A stretch of DNA of 63,698 nt, filler included, from Nemertoderma westbladi (lineage: Eukaryota > Animalia > Xenacoelomorpha): NCBI GenBank assembly GCA_032718475.1. It is 3 parts of 3 records of this genome, joined end to end, with 100 filler letters (N's around TTAATTAATTAA, not from the genome) between each part and the next. Parts side by side here need not be neighbours in the genome. Positions count along the whole stretch, not along the records: positions 48,981 to 63,698 come from JAUCBJ010001102.1; 2 more parts are not named here. One strand, written 5' to 3'. A program made the position numbers and the translations under genes. Within the stretch, counting starts at the first letter, position 1. Each line of letters opens with the position of its first letter. The notes beneath the pieces were generated by a model. That model was not told the DNA's origin. It did not search any database and saw only the letters and a list, made by a program, of their open reading frames with translations. This document shows positions 63,687 through 63,698 of the stretch, piece after piece.

Positions 63687-63698
63687 TCTTTAAATTTT

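Overview
AT-rich, repeat-dense eukaryotic (most likely invertebrate) DNA. It consists of three pieces joined by two 100-nt N-linkers that carry TTAATTAATTAA. It holds three members of one BEL/Pao LTR family: a Gag-protease element with pol deleted in frame (130-8178, minus strand), a 3' end with an unknown decayed zinc-knuckle ORF plus PPT and LTR (about 14580-17660), and a solo LTR with a 5-bp TSD inside a caspase-CARD gene (57112-58292). Other mobile DNA includes Penelope, CRE and RTE remnants, a MULE transposase, an IS3EU-like transposase, hAT and Tc1-type MITEs, a tRNA-derived SINE and several minisatellites. Host-like genes are a C2H2 zinc-finger gene, the 3' exons of a ZNF474/ZC2HC-like gene, a caspase with a C-terminal CARD, and a 4-exon gene missed by the ORF track. 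The main finding is at the LTR 3' end. The last ~290 nt of two otherwise diverged LTRs form a conserved RNA structure with compensatory base changes and a pseudoknot. The element lacks a tRNA-type PBS, and its PBS is complementary to a motif inside that RNA. This points to an apparently undescribed self-priming module (inference).
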